DNA of 34,270 nucleotides from an uncultured Candidatus Marinamargulisbacteria bacterium (GTDB lineage Bacteria; Margulisbacteria; Marinamargulisbacteria; GCA-2716485; CAXFGY01): NCBI GenBank assembly GCA_964002605.1, contig CAXFGY010000002.1, positions 1 to 34,270 of the forward strand, read 5' to 3'. Shown piece by piece: positions 28,617 to 34,270 of this stretch (position 1 is its first letter; each line of letters starts with the position of its first letter). The notes under the pieces were generated by a model. It saw only the letters and a program-made list of their open reading frames with translations, ran no database searches and was not told where the DNA came from. The position numbers and the translations under genes were made by a program.

Positions 28617-29459
28617 TGCCAATTGATGTTCAAACTCAAATAATGTGTTTGCTTCAATAGTATATAAAGGTTGTTTATTAAACCATTTTTGTTTTGTGTT
28701 ATGCCAACTTAATTTAAGAGACCAACTTAATGGCATTAAATCATCTGCAAAAACAAGTGTATTAATATTATTTGTTAATAAAAAGTTATTATTTATTGAA
28801 TAAACATGATAGCCAACACTTTTGAGTTGTGATGTCATAATAGTTTTTTGAGGACCAATAACACCAATTGTAAGCCCCCATTGGCACCATACTGCGTTAG
28901 CTTCATTAAAATAGTTTACTTTATTGTATTCTAATTTGGTTTTAGTATGTATTTCAGTTTGATTAAGATGAATTAACGTGTGCTCAATCCCTAATGGACC
29001 ATAATGAAGTGGATTGTGTTTTTTAGTATTACATTGCCATATGACAGGAATATCCCATAATGCCATCCATTGTGCATAATCAGGGTCATTTGTAATAATT
29101 GTTTTTTTTTGATTAATTTCTGTTGGAGGAGTGCCTTTAGGAAATTTAAATTCTGATAAATTTCTTAATCCTAATGGCTTAAATTGTTGAATTAATGATT
29201 GCCAACGATGTTGATACCATGGCCCACTTATTTTCCCAGTAATGATATAATCTGCTTTTTGATTTTCTGATGAAAGCTGAACATTAGGTACTAAGCGTTT
29301 AAGCCAGTGATGATGAGTTTGATCAACAGAAATGCGTATTGTTGCTTGAGGAAACCACGTTTGTAATGGCTCAATTCCTTGTAATAATAATGTAATAATA
29401 CCAAGATTATTGGGACATCTAATTTCAAAAATTGGATTTTTAGACAGTTTAATTGGCAT
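28608..29459 (-). CDS. Degenerate glycosyltransferase family 9 (heptosyltransferase)-like protein
   Basis: IRCPNNLG..TLL..IEPLQTWFPQATI resembles the GT9 N-terminus; IITNDPDYAQWMALWDIPVI...NPLHYGPLG resembles GT9 isnDsgpmHlAaalgvPtv...p..wgPlg. Confidence 0.45.
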   Translation of the reverse strand: MPIKLSKNPIFEIRCPNNLGIITLLLQGIEPLQTWFPQATIRISVDQTHHHWLKRLVPNVQLSSENQKADYIITGKISGPWYQHRWQSLIQQFKPLGLRNLSEFKFPKGTPPTEINQKKTIITNDPDYAQWMALWDIPVIWQCNTKKHNPLHYGPLGIEHTLIHLNQTEIHTKTKLEYNKVNYFNEANAVWCQWGLTIGVIGPQKTIMTSQLKSVGYHVYSINNNFLLTNNINTLVFADDLMPLSWSLKLSWHNTKQKWFNKQPLYTIEANTLFEFEHQLALR

Positions 29460-29557
29460 AAATTTATTATAACTTACATTTACTTTACAAACGATTAATT
29501 AGATTTAAAAATTTTATAAACGAATTAATATTAACCTTCTACCACCCTAAATTAGAT

Positions 29558-30154
29558 TTACTTTTCAATAATAACCGTCACATCACCATCCAAATAATTA
29601 GTGATTAACTTAACAAACTGTGGTTTTGGAAGCAACTGATCACAAATATCTTGAACCATCTGCATATCATAATAATAAAAGCGATTAAATTGATTAGATA
29701 AAGGCCATTTTGTAGATAAAAAATTAAATAAAAAACAAGATTTCGTCAATTGATACGCATATTGAAGATTGAATTTCAAAAATTTAATAGGATCTAACGC
29801 TTTATACGAAAAAGTGCCGGATGCGACAACACAATCAAAAAGTCGATCTGGATTATATTGATCAAGTCTTGTATATTCAAAAAATGCCAATGGATAACAG
29901 AGTCTAGCAGACTTCACCAACACCTCACAAGAGTCAATACCAATATAATCTACTAAATAACGTAATTGTTTAAGATAATCATAAAAATCCCCTAATCCGG
30001 ATCCAATATCCAAAACAGATTTATTATCAAAATTATAGTAATCACAAAATATTTGAAAGCGACGCCGCTGTCGATAACGATCTTGCCAACCTACAGCTCT
30101 TGCTTCTGGACCAAATTGATGAAAACACTTTGTGTAAAATGAAACGCTATCCAA
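29558..30154 (-). CDS. Class I SAM-dependent methyltransferase
   Basis: AVGW...Q..RF, SVLDIGSGLGD, YIGID, FDCVVASGTF and FNFLS. Confidence 0.85.
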   Translation of the reverse strand: MDSVSFYTKCFHQFGPEARAVGWQDRYRQRRRFQIFCDYYNFDNKSVLDIGSGLGDFYDYLKQLRYLVDYIGIDSCEVLVKSARLCYPLAFFEYTRLDQYNPDRLFDCVVASGTFSYKALDPIKFLKFNLQYAYQLTKSCFLFNFLSTKWPLSNQFNRFYYYDMQMVQDICDQLLPKPQFVKLITNYLDGDVTVIIEK

Positions 30155-30170
30155 AACTGACTAATATAGT

Positions 30171-31178
30171 TTACAAATTAATAACCGCTTCTGCAATTTG
30201 AATGGCATTTAATGCAGCCCCTTTTCTTAAATTATCTGCCACAATCCACATTTCAATTGCATTGGGATTAGAAATATCCTTCCGGATTCGACCGACATAA
30301 ACATCGTCTTTACCTGCTAACTCTCGTGGAGTCGGAAAAATCCCTTTTGCAGGATCATCTAAAACTTGTACTCCTGAAAAATGATCTAATAATGTTCTCA
30401 CTTCATTAACAGTTACAACAGATTCTGTTTCTATATTAACTGCTTCACTATGTCCAACAAAAACAGGCACACGGACAGTAGTTGCTGTAATAGCAATAGT
30501 AGATTCTAATATTTTCTGCGTTTCTAAAACCATTTTCATTTCTTCTTTGGTATAACCATTCTCTTGAAATGCATCAATTTGAGGAATAACATTAAATGAA
30601 ATAGGATAAGAAAATACATCAGGGTTCACATCATGGCCTGTCAAACCCAAACGAGTATGATTCTCTAATTCTAATATCGCTTCCTTTCCTGCACCAGAAA
30701 CAGCTTGATAAGTAGAAATAACAAGCCGCTTTAACTTAGCTTTATCGTGAATAGGTTTTAAAGGCACTACCATTTGTGCTGTCGAACAATTGGGGTTTGC
30801 AATAACCCCACTATGCATTTTAATAGCATGTGCATTTACTTCAGGAACAACTAAAGGTACATCATCATCTAAACGAAAGTGAGATGTATTATCAATAACA
30901 ATAGCACCAGAATCAACAGCATAGGGTACATATTTCTCAGAAATAGCACCTCCTGCCGAAAATAAAGCAATATCAACCCCCTTAAAAGATGTTTCAGTTA
31001 ATTTTTCAATAGCAATCGACTCCGATTTAAATTCAACCCTATTACCAGCTGAACGCTCCGAAGCCAATAACTTTAAATTGGAAACTGGAAAATCACGTTG
31101 TACTAATGTCTCAATTAATTCTTTACCTACAACACCTGTTGCACCAACTACCGCAACAGAATATAACTGCTTCATCAA
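30171..31178 (-). CDS. asd: Aspartate-semialdehyde dehydrogenase
   Basis: VGATGVVG, IANPNCST, STYQAVSGAG, RVPVFVGHSE and DNLRKGAALNA. Confidence 0.97.
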   Translation of the reverse strand: MMKQLYSVAVVGATGVVGKELIETLVQRDFPVSNLKLLASERSAGNRVEFKSESIAIEKLTETSFKGVDIALFSAGGAISEKYVPYAVDSGAIVIDNTSHFRLDDDVPLVVPEVNAHAIKMHSGVIANPNCSTAQMVVPLKPIHDKAKLKRLVISTYQAVSGAGKEAILELENHTRLGLTGHDVNPDVFSYPISFNVIPQIDAFQENGYTKEEMKMVLETQKILESTIAITATTVRVPVFVGHSEAVNIETESVVTVNEVRTLLDHFSGVQVLDDPAKGIFPTPRELAGKDDVYVGRIRKDISNPNAIEMWIVADNLRKGAALNAIQIAEAVINL

Positions 31179-31332
31179 AAAATCACCTCGATTTACTTAA
31201 CATAAACTACAAGAATACCATTTTATTAAAACATAAGCGAGAAAATAAGTAAAAAAACCATAAAGCTTCCGTAAATAGAAAAATTATAATAAAATATAAC
31301 ATTAGAAGGAACAATGATAAGGAAAAATAAAG

Positions 31333-33155
31333 ATGAACAATCATCACTTTCATATCCCTGTAATGGGAACTTCATACACTATTGACTCTCCTATAAAAGT
31401 TGCTCCCCTAGGGATTAGCTCTGTTATTTCATTATGCGATGATGAATTATGTGAATATACTCGAAAATATTACAGTAAAAAATATAATCTTCCCTACACC
31501 CCAATTGAAAAACATTCAGATGACTTTAGAGCGAATCGATTTACACAATATTTAAATATAGTAAATACCATTGTTAATCAAGAAATAGAAAAAATAAAAA
31601 CACAACAATTTGAAACTGATAGCACAATTGATAAATATTTTACACTCTTACCTAATAATTCATCCTTACGAAAAGACTACCATAAAATGTGCCAAACAAG
31701 TAACTTGGTAAAAAAGAAAAAATTACAACAGCAACTTAAACAACAAATACAACCAGGTTCAATTGATGTCAATATTATGACAAAATTAGATCGAGATACT
31801 TATAATAAAAATGGCGAAAAACAAGATTTCATTTTTTCAGATGCACTATCAGGACTACGTGGTTATGCCAAAAGTGACTTAACTTCAGGAATCGTTTTTT
31901 CAGCTGGATTTAATCGACGCTTATACGCTTATATGGAAGAATTTGAAGACTTTTATCCTGACAAAAATGGGTTTATTAAAAAACGAGTTATTATGAAAGT
32001 ATCAGACTATCGATCTTCAATGACACAAGGAAAATTTTTAGCTAAAAAAGGAATTTGGATTTCTGAGCATCGCATTGAATCCGGCTTAAACTGTGGCGGC
32101 CATGCCTTTGCATCTGATGGCTATTTATTAGGTCCAATTATGGAAGAGAGTTTAAAGATAAAAAAGAGACATTTACTACAGAATTATTATCACTATGCAA
32201 TACAGCATTAAAAGAAAAGAAATATCCTATTTTCACTAAAAAACCAGAAACATTAATTACAGTACAAGGTGGTATTGGTACCCATGCTGAACAACAATTA
32301 TTACAACGCTACTATAAAGTCAATCGCACCGGTTGGGCGACTCCATTTTTACTAGTCCCTGAAGCCACCACTGTTGATACAGCAACATTAAAACTACTCC
32401 AAAAAGCAACCAGTAAAGATTTATACTTAAGCCCAATTTCACCGTTAGGAGTCCCGTTCAATACTGTCAAAAACACTCAATCTGAACATGAAAAAATTAA
32501 AAAGTTCAACAACGGTCGACCAGGAAGCCCGTGTCCAAAAGGATATTTAGTTTCTAATACCGAATTTTCAAAGAAACCAGTATGTACAGCATCTATTTTT
32601 TATCAAAAAAGAAAAATACAAGCACTATCTAAAGATTATTCTGGAGACACATTAAAGGAGAAAATAAACCGTGTCATTCAAAAAGCATGCTTATGCGAAG
32701 ACCTTGCTGCTGGTGCGCTTATCGAACATAAACAAGATAATAAAAGACCACTTCAGCCTGCAATATGTCCTGGGCCAAATTTAGCATTTTTTTCCCGAAT
32801 TTCAACATTAAAAGACATGGTAGATCACATATATAATCGCTTTAATGTCGCCAACAATACCCCTAGACCCCATATGTTTGTCAAAGAATTAAATATGTAT
32901 ATCGATTACTTTAAAAAAGAAATTGCAACACGATTACCGAATTTATCAAAAAAAGATATTAATTACCTAGAGTTATTTAAAACAAATTTAGATAATGGTA
33001 TTCAATACTATAAACTATTAATTCCTAAAATTATTGAAGAAACTAAAAAATATCAAAACATTATGATAAATGATATCAACACACTGCAATTAGAACTTGA
33101 AAAATCATTTAATTACTACCTAAAAGAATTAAATAAAAAAACTGCAATCGCTTAA
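31333..33155 (+). pseudogene. Conserved ~606-aa hypothetical protein (FMN-oxidoreductase-like motifs) interrupted by one 2-bp insertion near 32149-32150
   Basis: The first frame has FHIPVMG, GSIDVNIMTK and IESGLNCGGHAF. A second frame is open without stops from 32151 to 33155 (ITVQGGIGT, GWATPFLLVPEA, SPLGVPFN, ACLCE, CPGPNLAFFS, MVDHIY). Removing AG from GAAGAGAG restores one ORF. Confidence 0.8.
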
Positions 33156-33166
33156 ATTTAAAAAAT

Positions 33167-34270
<1,104 letters not shown>

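Overview
AT-rich bacterial chromosomal window with no mobile elements or CRISPR. The left half (1260-17655, minus strand) is a large sulfate-assimilation and sulfur-amino-acid cluster: Rrf2 regulator, cysK, ThiS-like sulfur carrier ending GGGH, metY, ThiF/MoeB, JAB peptidase, sulfite reductase, DUF2061, cysH, a second sulfite reductase, a second cysH, and then cysD-cysN after an inserted ECF sigma/pldA block. The gene set matches the protein-thiocarboxylate-dependent homocysteine pathway (HcyS/HcyD/HcyF/MetY/Sir) described in Wolinella succinogenes. The most unusual points are: (1) one of the two sulfite reductases carries a C-terminal GroEL apical-domain ('minichaperone') fusion; (2) the two sir genes share an apparently identical 2303-bp core while their ends and the neighbouring cysH copies are clearly diverged; (3) a 1227-aa orphan has three tandem eukaryote-type IQ calmodulin-binding motifs followed by a long coiled coil; (4) a catalytically dead JAB paralogue is transcribed divergently from the sulfur operon. 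The rest is housekeeping: rnhC, crcB, cstA, dnaX, rpiB, tRNA-Leu(CAA), glycosyltransferases, a methyltransferase, asd, a conserved gene broken by a 2-bp insertion, and partial thiC. All calls come from motif recognition by eye; no database searches were run.
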